Positions 63,104 through 64,000 of a DNA stretch of 64,000 bases are shown in pieces. The stretch comes from Octopus sinensis. Taxonomy: Eukaryota. Below the pieces are notes generated by a model. That model saw only the letters and a program-made list of their open reading frames with translations, did no database searches and was not told where the DNA came from. Location of the stretch: NCBI RefSeq assembly GCF_006345805.1, contig NC_043008.1, forward strand, positions 49,972,001 through 50,036,000. Reading direction: 5' to 3'. Each line of letters starts with the position of its first letter. Position 1 is the first letter of the stretch. Made by a program: the position numbers and the translations under genes.

Positions 63104-64000
63104 CTGAAATGAGAAAACATTACTATTGTCATCATCATCATCATCATTATTACATTTCTTTTAATCTCAGGTTTTGTTGGAACTCCTGGAGTCTTGAATG
63201 TATAGCAGGCTTACTGCCTGCACCCTGTGGTACCATGCTATCCATTCTTTTCACCTATCTAATACTCTCTTGATTATTCTGTCCGTGCCAAGGAGGCAAA
63301 CCTTTTGTAACAGTTCTACTGGAAACTCTATTCCAATTTCCTTTATATCCCCCTTGATGCTTTCTAATGCTATCCCCAAGGACCCAACAATAATTGGCAG
63401 TATCATCATAATCATCATCATCATTATTATTATTAAGGTGGCAAGCTGGCAGAATTTTTAGTGTGCTGGACAAAATCCTAAGCAGTATTTCGCCCGTTGC
63501 TATGTTCTGAGATCAAATTCCACCAAGGTCAACTTTGCCTCTCATCCTTTTGGGGTCAATAAAATAAGTACCAGTTGAACACTGGGGTCAATGTAATCAA
63601 CTCACCCCGTCCCCCAAAATTGCTGCCCTTGTGGAAAAATTTGAAACCATTATCATTATCATTATTATTATTATTTGATTAAATCTCTCAGCTTATTTTG
63701 CTGGGTATGATGGAAAATGTCAGCTTTCCAAAGCCAGCAGACTAAGGTGACATAGTTTATTGGTCATGCTTCAAGAACCCTATGAAGAATTCTTGCAGTT
63801 GCAAGCAATGTTGATTTTTGTAGGTCTCCTATATCATTATTATTATTATTATTATTATTATCATTATTTTGTCGTTCAGATTTTGTTTAGCCCCAGGCCA
63901 ATCCCATTTCAGTAAACCTATGAGCAAAGGCATTCTAGTCAATGACAATCCTGTCTTTTTTAGAAAGTAAGATATGATTCAAGGAGGATTTAGCCACTGT

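Overview
AT-rich, microsatellite- and SINE-dense animal DNA. The repeat families look like Octopus to me; this is recognition from memory, not a database result. The whole window lies inside one minus-strand gene, a ClC-1/ClC-2-type voltage-gated chloride channel (CLCN2-like). I assembled 16 GT-AG exons by hand from 63103 to 12025 (1836 nt, 612 codons, phases consistent, no stops). They cover the C-terminal part of the membrane domain, CBS1 and a long basic CBS1-CBS2 linker. The GSGIP/GKEGP exons and CBS2 were not found and presumably lie outside the window. Introns hold several tRNA-derived SINE families, a CR1-type LINE 3' fragment, a deleted mariner, piggyBac-, hAT- and Tc1-type MITEs, and Penelope-like (PLE) remnants. 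The most interesting signal is three minimal type I hammerhead ribozyme motifs of the PLE kind (46134-46224 +, 52585-52665 -, 57528-57572 -). Two are in the sense of the channel pre-mRNA, and one sits in the loop of a 130-bp inverted repeat. They occur with several fold-back palindromes. Most short ORFs in the supplied track are microsatellite or SINE artefacts. SINE and MITE boundaries are approximate.
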